Assembly: GCA_017613735.1 (NCBI GenBank)
Contig: JAGADF010000012.1
Location: 3,253 to 67,252, forward strand
Direction: 5' to 3'
Origin: Clostridia bacterium
GTDB lineage: Bacteria; Bacillota; Clostridia; Oscillospirales; Acutalibacteraceae
Length of the DNA stretch: 64,000 nt
Under the pieces are notes generated by a model that did no database searches, had not been told where the DNA came from, and saw only the letters and a list, made by a program, of their open reading frames with translations. Shown here piece by piece: positions 56,398 to 64,000 of this stretch. A program made the position numbers and the translations under genes. Each line of letters begins with the position of its first letter. The first letter of the stretch is position 1.

Positions 56398-57261
56398 ATG
56401 GGATTTTTCAGACCTGCATGGATGTCCGACAAATTCAATGACGAGAAAAAAGCCCGTGACGAGATTTCAAAAATCACGGACAATAATAAGCTTTATGAAA
56501 TTGCTCTCAAAGCTCCGCGTGAAAGCGTAAAAAGCGCGGCGATTTTCAGGATTACCGACGAAAACGTCCTTGCTTCGCTCTATTTTGAGCCGGTGATTTT
56601 CAACAGCTACGTCGCCGACATTGTTCTCGGCGAAATCCGTGACAAAGATATAATTAAACAAATTATCGCGAGAGAGGCGTCATTTAATTCATATAACTGC
56701 GCAGCGAAAAGGGGAACGGACGGCGAATTCTTAAGAAACATAATTCTTGCCGACTCTTTTTCAATTGTTACCGACAGTAACAACGTAATCGCAAATCACG
56801 CCTATGAGCTTCTTGTCAGGGCGGTAAAATATCTTCAGACGGCGGAAGAAACCGAAATAATAAAGTCGAAATTCAGTTCCTATACGGTTGTAAAAATGCT
56901 CTGCGACCTGCGTAAGGACGAACTTGAGGGCGCAGTCGGATACAGATTCATCTGCCCGAACTGTAACGAAGAGGTAGTTCACCATACATATACGGACAAT
57001 GACGTTTACGGCGAGGTTATGAAAGGCTATTTCACCTGCGGCTGTCCGAAATTTACGCTTAACGATTTGCCGAAGGAATGTAAAAAGAAAAAGATAACCG
57101 AAATCCCGACGGGCCATACGGTAAAATACTGTTCGTGCTGCGGTCTTATTAAGGACAATACCGCTCTGGGGCATCCGTTCCGCGATAAGCTCGGAATGTG
57201 TAAGGATTTCGGCGGTTACAAACACGATTATATTATGACTTATGTTGACAGTCTGAAATAA
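56398..57261 (+). CDS. hypothetical protein: helical repeat N-terminal half + Cys-rich (zinc-ribbon-like) C-terminal half
   Basis: Repeated I-x-D-x3-L-x2-I-A-like units occur in the N-terminal half. The C-terminal half carries CPNC, CGC and CSCC clusters. No family recognised. Confidence 0.55.
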   Translation: MGFFRPAWMSDKFNDEKKARDEISKITDNNKLYEIALKAPRESVKSAAIFRITDENVLASLYFEPVIFNSYVADIVLGEIRDKDIIKQIIAREASFNSYNCAAKRGTDGEFLRNIILADSFSIVTDSNNVIANHAYELLVRAVKYLQTAEETEIIKSKFSSYTVVKMLCDLRKDELEGAVGYRFICPNCNEEVVHHTYTDNDVYGEVMKGYFTCGCPKFTLNDLPKECKKKKITEIPTGHTVKYCSCCGLIKDNTALGHPFRDKLGMCKDFGGYKHDYIMTYVDSLK

Positions 57262-57282
57262 AATAAATAAGGAGATATAATT

Positions 57283-58383
57283 ATGGAAAACACTAAAAAG
57301 CGTTCACCCGTAAAACTTGTTTTTAAGATTATAGGAATAGTTTTACTTGTAATTATTGTCGCTTTCGCGGGACTTGTCGGTTTCCTTTCGGTAACCGAAT
57401 ATAAACCTGCGGATATTACCGCCAATCTTGAAATAGGCGGAAAAGCCGATAAATCGGTCAAGGTCGGCGACAGCCTGACCGTAATGAGCTGGAATATCGG
57501 TTACGGCGCATTGGGCGATAACGCCGACTTCTTTATGGACGGCGGCGAATCGGTCAATACAGCCGACACGCAGCGCGTTACGGAAAATATGCAGGGCGTT
57601 GTTAATGAGATTACCTCCGTCAATCCCGATATCTTCTTTATTCAGGAGGCGGACAGGAATTCCTCAAGGTCGCACCGTATAAACGAATACGGTATGCTGC
57701 AGGATGTTTTCAATAATTATAATTCGACCTTTGCGAATAACTTTAAGGTCTCTTTCCTGCCTTACCCCATACCGCCTATCGGCAAGGTTGATTCGGGCGT
57801 TGCGACCTTTTCGTCATACCCGATAATTGACGCCGAAAGACGCCAGCTTCCGATACCGTTTTCGTGGCCTGTAAGTATGATGAATCTTAAAAGATGTCTT
57901 CTTGTTTCAAGGGTTAAAATTGAGGGTACGGACAAGTATCTTGTACTTGTCAATCTTCACCTTGAGGCGTATGATGACGGCGAGGGAAAAATCGCCCAGA
58001 CAAAGATGCTTGCCGATTTCCTTAACGAGGAGGCAAAGAACGGCAATTATATCATAGCAGGCGGCGACTTTAACCAGATTTTCTCATCCGCTGACGTTAA
58101 CGCATATCCCGCTCAGGAGGGTAAATGGGCGGCAGGTGAAATTGACGTTACACAGATAGACGGCGAATGGCAGTTCCTTATGGATTCTTCCGTTCCGTCC
58201 TGCAGAAGTCTTGACCAGCCGCTTGAAAATGCCGATAAGGATTCGTTCCAGTATTATCTTATAGACGGCTTTATCGTTTCGGGTAATATCAAAGTCGAGT
58301 CCTGCGAAAATCAGGATCTGGGCTTTAAGGTTTCCGACCACAACCCCGTTGTGCTTAAGATTACTCTTGAGGAAAGTAAATAA
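57283..58383 (+). CDS. membrane-anchored endonuclease/exonuclease/phosphatase (EEP) family protein
   Basis: N-terminal TM helix. Motifs SWNIGYG, IQEAD, NLHLEAYD, GGDFNQ and SDHNPV. Confidence 0.85.
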   Translation: MENTKKRSPVKLVFKIIGIVLLVIIVAFAGLVGFLSVTEYKPADITANLEIGGKADKSVKVGDSLTVMSWNIGYGALGDNADFFMDGGESVNTADTQRVTENMQGVVNEITSVNPDIFFIQEADRNSSRSHRINEYGMLQDVFNNYNSTFANNFKVSFLPYPIPPIGKVDSGVATFSSYPIIDAERRQLPIPFSWPVSMMNLKRCLLVSRVKIEGTDKYLVLVNLHLEAYDDGEGKIAQTKMLADFLNEEAKNGNYIIAGGDFNQIFSSADVNAYPAQEGKWAAGEIDVTQIDGEWQFLMDSSVPSCRSLDQPLENADKDSFQYYLIDGFIVSGNIKVESCENQDLGFKVSDHNPVVLKITLEESK

Positions 58384-58384
58384 T

Positions 58385-58828
58385 ATGAAGGATTACGCAA
58401 AAACGGCGGAAGAACTCTTTAAAAACGGCTGCAACTGTTCTCAGGCGGTCCTGCTTGCGTTTTCGGACGTTACGGGACTTGACGACGAAACCGCGTTAAA
58501 GCTCGCCTCGTCATTCGGCGGGGGAATGGGCAGAATGCGTGAGGTCTGCGGCGCAGTCAGCGGCGCGCTGATGGTGCTTGGTATCGCCAAAGGCTATTCC
58601 GATTTGTCTGACGCCGAAGCGAAAAAAGAGCATTACGCTCTTGTGCAGGAATTTGCCCGCTGTTTCAAGGAAGAAAACGGCTCGATAATCTGCCGCGAGC
58701 TTCTTGCGGGAGTGAAAACCGAAGAGGGCACTGTGCCCGAAAAGAGAACTGACGAATACTATAAAAAACGCCCGTGCGGCGAGCTTTGCTTCACGGCGGC
58801 AAAAATAACGGAGGAACTGTTAAAATGA
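58385..58828 (+). CDS. C_GCAxxG_C_C family protein (second paralog in window)
   Basis: CNCSQAVLLAF, CGAVSGALM and C-terminal cysteines. I prefer ATG 58385 over 58349. Confidence 0.8.
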   Translation: MKDYAKTAEELFKNGCNCSQAVLLAFSDVTGLDDETALKLASSFGGGMGRMREVCGAVSGALMVLGIAKGYSDLSDAEAKKEHYALVQEFARCFKEENGSIICRELLAGVKTEEGTVPEKRTDEYYKKRPCGELCFTAAKITEELLK

Positions 58829-59112
58829 TAAGACACATTGTACTTTTTAAAATCAAGGATGAATTCAAGAGCGAAATACCGACTCTTGTTGAAAATTTCT
58901 ACGGTATGAAGGGAAAAATCGAGGGTATGACCGACCTGTTTTCCGCCGCCGATTTTCTTCACAGCGGCAGAAGTTACGATATTGCTCTTATTACCGATTT
59001 TGACAGCGAGGAAGCCTTTGAGGGTTACCCGACTCATCCCGTCCACGCACCCGTCAAGGCGCATATGCACGAGGTCGCCGAAAGCTCGGTTTCGTGCGAT
59101 ATGAGGTTCTGA
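58825..59112 (+). CDS. Dabb (stress-responsive alpha/beta barrel) family protein
   Basis: ATGA overlap with the upstream stop. Sequence IRHIVLFK ... THPVHAPV, about 95 aa. Confidence 0.8.
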   Translation: MIRHIVLFKIKDEFKSEIPTLVENFYGMKGKIEGMTDLFSAADFLHSGRSYDIALITDFDSEEAFEGYPTHPVHAPVKAHMHEVAESSVSCDMRF

Positions 59113-59113
59113 A

Positions 59114-59614
59114 ATGGAACTGGATTTCTGTCCCGTATGCGGGACAAAACTGTATAAAAGGTATCTTGAACACGAGGGCGAAATACCCTATTGCGAAAGC
59201 TGCGGGGATTTCCGTTTCCCGATTTTCAGTACTGCCGTGAGTATGATTACCCTTTCTCCCGACAGGAGCAAAATGCTTTTTTTAAAGCAGTACGGCAATA
59301 ACTTTTTCGTTTTGCCCGCAGGCTACGTCAATAAAGGCGAAAGCGCGGAGCAAGCCGTAAAACGCGAAATTGCCGAAGAGCTCGGCGTGTCGGTTAAAGA
59401 GTTTTGGTTTAACCGCTCGGGCTATTTTGAAAAAAGCCAGACGCTGATTTTGAATTTCACGGCTGTTCTTGAAAGCGAAGAACTGAATACGAATTATGAG
59501 GTTGACTCTTTCGGCTGGTTTTCGCCTGACGAGGCTGTTCTGAATATCAAACCCAATTCCCTCGCCAGTCAGTTTGTAAAAAGCTTTATTGATAACAATG
59601 AGGTGATAAAATGA
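59114..59614 (+). CDS. NUDIX hydrolase with N-terminal zinc ribbon (NudC-like architecture)
   Basis: CPVCG ... CESCG ribbon. The Nudix box GYVNKGESAEQAVKREIAEELGV fits GX5EX7REUXEEXGU. Confidence 0.85.
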   Translation: MELDFCPVCGTKLYKRYLEHEGEIPYCESCGDFRFPIFSTAVSMITLSPDRSKMLFLKQYGNNFFVLPAGYVNKGESAEQAVKREIAEELGVSVKEFWFNRSGYFEKSQTLILNFTAVLESEELNTNYEVDSFGWFSPDEAVLNIKPNSLASQFVKSFIDNNEVIK

Positions 59615-60180
59615 AAAAATATATTCCCAACACCGTATCGGTTTTAAGAATCATCGGCGCGGTTGCGCTTATCGCCGTTCCGATTTTTACAAGGTATTTC
59701 TTCGCCGTATATGCGGTCTGCGCGGTATTTGATTTTGTCGACGGCTTTCTTGCAAAGACAATGAATCTTAAAACCGTTCTCGGCGACAGACTTGACCATA
59801 TCGCCTCAATATTGTTCATTGTCGTTATGAGCCTGAGATATTTTTCCGTAATGGACGTTCCCGACTGGGCGGTCTATACTCTTATGGGACTTGCGTTTAT
59901 AAAATGCGCTTCGATGGTTTTCGGCGGGGTAAGGTTCAAAAAGGCTCCGTTTATCGGCTCGGACTGGAATAAGGCTGCAAAGGTCGCCTTTTATTTAAGT
60001 CCGCTGTGGTATATGTTCGCGGGTATGACCTTCGCGTGCGTGGTCGTTATCTCGATTATGTTTGTCGCGTGCGTCGAGGAACTGATAATCAATCTTACGT
60101 CAAAGGAATACAACCCCGAGGTCAAAACGATTATTCCGTTTGACAGGCTTGTAAAAAAATTAAAAAAGAAATCGAAATAA
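59611..60180 (+). CDS. CDP-alcohol phosphatidyltransferase-family membrane protein with degenerate signature
   Basis: DGFLAKTMNLKTVLGDRLDHIAS compared with the consensus DG-x2-AR-x8-G-x3-D-x3-D shows R->K and the last D->S. It has several TM helices and an ATGA overlap with the Nudix gene. Confidence 0.7.
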   Translation: MKKYIPNTVSVLRIIGAVALIAVPIFTRYFFAVYAVCAVFDFVDGFLAKTMNLKTVLGDRLDHIASILFIVVMSLRYFSVMDVPDWAVYTLMGLAFIKCASMVFGGVRFKKAPFIGSDWNKAAKVAFYLSPLWYMFAGMTFACVVVISIMFVACVEELIINLTSKEYNPEVKTIIPFDRLVKKLKKKSK

Positions 60181-60183
60181 CTG

Positions 60184-60212
60184 TTGACAACAGTTCGGTT
60201 TAGTGCTATAGT
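60184..60212 (+). promoter_or_regulatory. promoter of the T-box/trpB2 unit (TTGACA-17 nt-TGcTATAGT)
   Basis: -35 at 60184..60189 and an extended -10 with TATAGT at 60207..60212. Confidence 0.65.
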
Positions 60213-60220
60213 GAGTTAAA

Positions 60221-60479
60221 CCGTTGAAGAAGAGTGAGTAGGTTTTACCGTTACTCTTTAAGCGAGCCGCGGACGGTGTGAGCGCGGTAAGAGAAGTAAT
60301 TCCGAATGGGCTTCCGAGGGCGAGCAGAAAGTTTTTACAAGTATGTGAGCCGGAGTTGACACTCCGTAAACAAATGTCTGCGTATGACAGTACGCGTAAG
60401 TGGGCGAATTAATTCGTCAAGCCGGGTGGCACCGCAGGATATTACATCCTGTCCCAGCAAGGGACAGGATTATTTTTTG
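60221..60479 (+). promoter_or_regulatory. T-box riboswitch leader with UGG (Trp) specifier and intrinsic terminator
   Basis: AG bulge AGCGA (60261..60265) and distal loop GGUGUGAG. The specifier loop reads AGUAAUUCCGAA-UGG-G, with UGG at 60307..60309. The T-box sequence AAGCCGGGUGGCACCGCAGG lies at 60419..60438. The terminator stem AUCCUGUCCC / GGGACAGGAU (60446..60470) is followed by UAUUUUUU. Confidence 0.85.
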
Positions 60480-60553
60480 TTTTTTTGAAAACAACTGATA
60501 ATCCTGACCTACAAATGCCATTTTAAAAAATAATAATTAAGGAGGAAAAAACA

Positions 60554-61927
60554 ATGGCAGAAAACAAAATCCCTTACAAGATTTATCTCGAAGAAGATGA
60601 GATGCCCAAAGCTTGGTACAACGTCCGCGCCGATATGAAAAACAAGCCGGCGCCGTTGCTTAATCCCGGTACGCTTCAGCCTATGACGGCGGAAGAACTC
60701 GGCGGAGTTTTCTGTGAGGAGCTTGTCGCTCAGGAACTCGACAACGACAACGCTTATATTGAAATTCCGCAGGAAATAAGAGATTTCTATAAAATGTACC
60801 GTCCGTCTCCTCTTGTACGCGCTTATTGCCTTGAGGAAAAGCTTCAGACTCCTGCAAAAATTTATTATAAATTTGAGGGTAATAATACCTCGGGTTCGCA
60901 TAAACTCAATTCAGCTATCGCTCAGGCTTATTACGCTAAAAATCAGGGACTTAAAGGCGTTACTACCGAAACGGGCGCAGGTCAGTGGGGAACGGCTCTT
61001 TCGATGGCTTGCTCGTATCTCGGACTTGACTGCAAGGTCTATATGGTTAAGGTTTCCTATGAACAGAAGCCTTTCAGACGCGAGGTTATGAGAGTTTACG
61101 GCGCGTCCGTCACTCCCTCGCCGTCAATGGAAACGGAAATCGGAAAGAAGATTAACGCGGAGCATCCCGGTACGACGGGCTCGCTTGGCTGCGCAATTTC
61201 AGAGGCGGTTGAGGTTGCCGTAAAGAATCCGGGTTACAGATATGTTCTCGGCTCTGTTCTCAATCAGGTTCTTCTTCATCAGTCAATTATCGGTCTTGAA
61301 ACAAAGGCTGCGCTTGATAAATACAATATCAAGCCCGATATGATTATCGGCTGCGCCGGCGGCGGAAGCAACCTCGGCGGTCTTATCGCTCCGTTTATGG
61401 GCGAAAAGCTCAGGGGCGAAGCGGATTATGAAATTGTTGCGGTTGAACCTGCGTCCTGCCCGAGCTTTACAAGAGGCGTTTTTGCATACGATTTCTGCGA
61501 TACGGGTATGGTTTGCCCGCTTGCCAAAATGTATACTCTCGGTTCGGATTTCATTCCCTCGGCAAACCACGCGGGCGGACTTCGTTATCACGGTATGAGC
61601 CCCGTTCTTTCGCAGCTTTATCACGACGGGTATATGAAGGCTGTTTCGGTTGAGCAGACAAAGGTCTTTGAAGCCGCCGAGGAGTTCGCAAGGGTTGAGG
61701 GTATTCTTCCCGCTCCCGAAAGCTCGCACGCTATTAGAGCGGCGATTGACGAAGCTTTGAGATGCAAGGAAACCGGCGAAGAAAAGACAATAGTATTCGG
61801 TCTTACGGGCACGGGTTACTTTGATATGGTAGCGTATGAAAAGTTCCATGACGGAAAAATGAGCGATTACATCCCCACCGACGAAGAACTTGCGAAATAT
61901 GCCGCTAAACTCCCGAAGGTTGAATAA
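60554..61927 (+). CDS. trpB2: TrpB2-type tryptophan synthase beta-like PLP enzyme
   Basis: AAGGAGG RBS. At 457 aa it has the long N-terminal extension typical of TrpB2. The PLP lysine motif is NNTSGSHKLNSA, and a GGGSN loop is present. Confidence 0.9.
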   Translation: MAENKIPYKIYLEEDEMPKAWYNVRADMKNKPAPLLNPGTLQPMTAEELGGVFCEELVAQELDNDNAYIEIPQEIRDFYKMYRPSPLVRAYCLEEKLQTPAKIYYKFEGNNTSGSHKLNSAIAQAYYAKNQGLKGVTTETGAGQWGTALSMACSYLGLDCKVYMVKVSYEQKPFRREVMRVYGASVTPSPSMETEIGKKINAEHPGTTGSLGCAISEAVEVAVKNPGYRYVLGSVLNQVLLHQSIIGLETKAALDKYNIKPDMIIGCAGGGSNLGGLIAPFMGEKLRGEADYEIVAVEPASCPSFTRGVFAYDFCDTGMVCPLAKMYTLGSDFIPSANHAGGLRYHGMSPVLSQLYHDGYMKAVSVEQTKVFEAAEEFARVEGILPAPESSHAIRAAIDEALRCKETGEEKTIVFGLTGTGYFDMVAYEKFHDGKMSDYIPTDEELAKYAAKLPKVE

Positions 61928-61941
61928 GATTTTTTAAAATT

Positions 61942-61981
61942 AAAAATCCCCGATTCGTCTGAATCGGGGATTTGATTTTTT
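61942..61981. terminator. bidirectional intrinsic terminator
   Basis: AATCCCCGATTC / GAATCGGGGATT 12-bp stem with flanking A- and T-runs. Confidence 0.85.
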
Positions 61982-62694
61982 TATTTGCCCTGCTGCTGTT
62001 TTTTCTTCGCGAGCTTTTCTTCGTATCTTTGTTTTAATCTGCTCACGTCAGCCGAAGCCGAAACCGCCATCATAAGAATAATAAGCGAAACAATTCCAAC
62101 GGCTCCCGCAACAACATAAAAAACATTGAAGCCCGTAATGGTAACGGGTTCGGTTACCACCTCAAAAACATTCGGATAAACGACCGAAAGAATCGACTTG
62201 TTGTATTCGTTGTCCGTACTGCTTAAGGCGTCGGTAAGGTTCTTTGACATTTCAATCGAATAGCCGTAAAGGGTGACTTTTTTATCATAGTCGAGTATTC
62301 CGAGCGTACCCGTTTGAATATCCTGAACGCAGTTGTCCTCAAGCTCTTTGATATTTTCCTCGTAGTATTCCTTGGGAACGCTTATCATAAACTTGTTGTC
62401 CTCGCCGTCAACCGCTATCGCAAGATAATTAGTGCCTTTTACCTTGCCCTCGTCGTCAAGCTGGTCCTGCTCATACATTGCCGTTGTAAGACAGACGTCA
62501 ACCGTAGCGTAGGTATCGGCTGCGGTAGTCTTTGTGAATTCTACTGCTTTAAGCTTTTTTGCTTTAGGCTTGATAAAGAATCCGAGAGCGAGAATTATTA
62601 AGCAAATAACCGCGCCGACTCCGAAGATTAAATAGCGCCTGACTGCCTTTTTATGAGCAGCTTCAATTGCCGGATGGGACTTTTTTTGTTTCAT
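61981..62694 (-). CDS. hypothetical bitopic membrane protein (TM - extracytoplasmic domain - TM - Lys/Gln-rich tail)
   Basis: I prefer ATG 62694 over the TTG at 62769. It has two TM helices and no recognised family. Confidence 0.55.
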   Translation of the reverse strand: MKQKKSHPAIEAAHKKAVRRYLIFGVGAVICLIILALGFFIKPKAKKLKAVEFTKTTAADTYATVDVCLTTAMYEQDQLDDEGKVKGTNYLAIAVDGEDNKFMISVPKEYYEENIKELEDNCVQDIQTGTLGILDYDKKVTLYGYSIEMSKNLTDALSSTDNEYNKSILSVVYPNVFEVVTEPVTITGFNVFYVVAGAVGIVSLIILMMAVSASADVSRLKQRYEEKLAKKKQQQGK

Positions 62695-64000
62695 TTTCTT
62701 TAACCTTTCTGTGTTTCCTGCGGAAGATTTCGATTGTTTCGTTCTCGCCCTTTTCGTTGCACTTTTCAACTATTACAATGAACATTGTAACAAGGAAAAG
62801 ATACGGTACGGGACAGAAAACGCCGGGGTTTACAAGCGACATCATTTCGACTCCGAGATACGAAACCGCAACCGCGATATTGAAAACGGTAGTCCGTTTA
62901 AAAAGTATATAGAGCCTTGTGATTCCCTGATAGACGTAACCGATAACGCCGACAATGCCGAAGGACGCGATAATCTGCAGCGGCTCGCAGTGATACCAGC
63001 AAAGCGCGAATTTCGCGCTGTGGAATACGTCTCTGTTTCCGAAATATGTAAGTCCCGTTCCGAAAATCGGGTTTGATTTGAAATCGTAAAACGCCCTTGC
63101 GAAAAGACCGAGACGGACTTCTTTGTCGTTGCCGCGAAGTCCCATAATAAGCCTGTCGAAGGTCTGACCGAAAAAGCTGTAAAAGTTCTGGAAATAAATA
63201 AGAAGAACAAGCGAAATTGAAATAATAATCGCAAGATACGGTACGCGGTGCCTTTTGTCAATGCTGAAAATAAGCGCGATACAGATGAACATTTCTATTC
63301 CGCCGAAAACAAGTCCTCCGCGCGAACCCGTAAGAAGAATACAGCCGTAGAAAAGGAAGCCGAGAAGCGCGTAGTACGAATGTTTTGTCGCTTTATAGAA
63401 AGCAAACGGAATTGAGAACATAAAGAAGGTCGAAAGGTTATTTCGCCACTGCATAAAGATAATGCTCTGGGTATCTATAACCGTTTCAATGTTCTTTATG
63501 TAATAAGAAACTATCATAAACACGCCGAAAAGTCCGACGGTAATCATAATCTGAGTCAGTTTGTCGCTTAACGAGTAATCGTCGCTCGCTTTAAGGTACG
63601 TCGAAAGCAGAACGTAAACGAGAAGCATTCCGAAACCGCAGCCGAAAATATAGTAAAAGCCGACAAGCGACATATAGTTTTCAAGCGGAAGAAAGCCTAC
63701 GCCGCCGAGAGTAGTCGCTATTGATGCGGCGAGAATCGCCCATACGCATTTTCCGACCTGGATTTTCGTTCTGTAAAAAATGAAATGGAAAAGAAGACTG
63801 CCTATAACGGGAAAAGCGAGCCAGACATAGCCTATAAACGTCGAATAGGAATCGTAGCATTTTATAAGCGTCATCGCCAGAAGCAAAAACGGAAGAGTGG
63901 TCGCCATAAGGTCTTCGCAGAGGATGAGTATAATGCAGATAATACCCGCAAACACAATAAGACCGTAAGTTTCGAGTGAAAAAACGGTTACAACGCATGC
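62663..64000 (-). CDS. O-antigen ligase / Wzy-like polytopic membrane protein (5' end runs off the window)
   Basis: There are at least 10 TM helices and GSRGGLVFGG ahead of a large loop. The frame stays open upstream of the GTG at 63955 up to position 64000, so the gene is probably truncated by the window edge. Confidence 0.65.
   Translation of the reverse strand, partial: ACVVTVFSLETYGLIVFAGIICIILILCEDLMATTLPFLLLAMTLIKCYDSYSTFIGYVWLAFPVIGSLLFHFIFYRTKIQVGKCVWAILAASIATTLGGVGFLPLENYMSLVGFYYIFGCGFGMLLVYVLLSTYLKASDDYSLSDKLTQIMITVGLFGVFMIVSYYIKNIETVIDTQSIIFMQWRNNLSTFFMFSIPFAFYKATKHSYYALLGFLFYGCILLTGSRGGLVFGGIEMFICIALIFSIDKRHRVPYLAIIISISLVLLIYFQNFYSFFGQTFDRLIMGLRGNDKEVRLGLFARAFYDFKSNPIFGTGLTYFGNRDVFHSAKFALCWYHCEPLQIIASFGIVGVIGYVYQGITRLYILFKRTTVFNIAVAVSYLGVEMMSLVNPGVFCPVPYLFLVTMFIVIVEKCNEKGENETIEIFRRKHRKVKENETKKVPSGN

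Noticed and set aside
1-64000. Mobile elements, prophage, CRISPR arrays, tRNA/rRNA genes, defence-island-type systems
   Set aside because: I saw no transposase, integrase or recombinase ORFs, no terminal inverted repeats flanking a gene block, no regularly spaced short repeats and no tRNA-like cloverleaf candidates in the short intergenic regions. The gene content is overwhelmingly housekeeping. I cannot exclude small ncRNAs without a covariance-model scan.

Overview
This window looks like ordinary chromosomal DNA from a Clostridia-class Firmicute. The Gram-positive signatures are a ctsR-mcsA-mcsB-clpC operon with CtsR heptad operators, Cheo-type LexA boxes at lexA and recA, a T-box leader, a long-form HPF, and yabM-like/mazG/hup/yabO-like synteny. 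I count about 66 tightly packed protein-coding genes, most of them housekeeping. They include a corA-metF-split metH cluster, glyQS, lexA, hpf, recJ-relA-dtd, mazG, hup, gdhA, recA-recX-rimO-pgsA, rpmB, mltG, the clpC operon, rlmD and a T-box-controlled TrpB2. I found no rRNA, tRNA, CRISPR array, transposase, integrase or phage gene, and no convincing defence-island-type multi-gene system. The items most worth a second look are listed here in order. (1) A zinc-ribbon/PASTA membrane protein has a Hanks kinase domain that has lost every catalytic residue (pseudokinase), and it is paired divergently with an XRE regulator. (2) A membrane-anchored M23 peptidase sits in the lexA-divergent slot, sharing a LexA box, where Gram-positive SOS division inhibitors normally lie. 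(3) A Trp-specifier T-box controls a stand-alone TrpB2. (4) A near-consensus promoter with twin GTTAGC-N4-GCTAAC palindromes drives only an FtsX permease fragment and an HMA metallochaperone. (5) A HlyD adaptor/FtsX permease pair has no ATPase gene. (6) A 43-nt tandem duplicate of a gene's 3' end keeps coding-like conservation. (7) A 34-codon Cys-rich peptide gene is missing from the ORF track. All functional calls come from motif recognition by eye; no database search was run.
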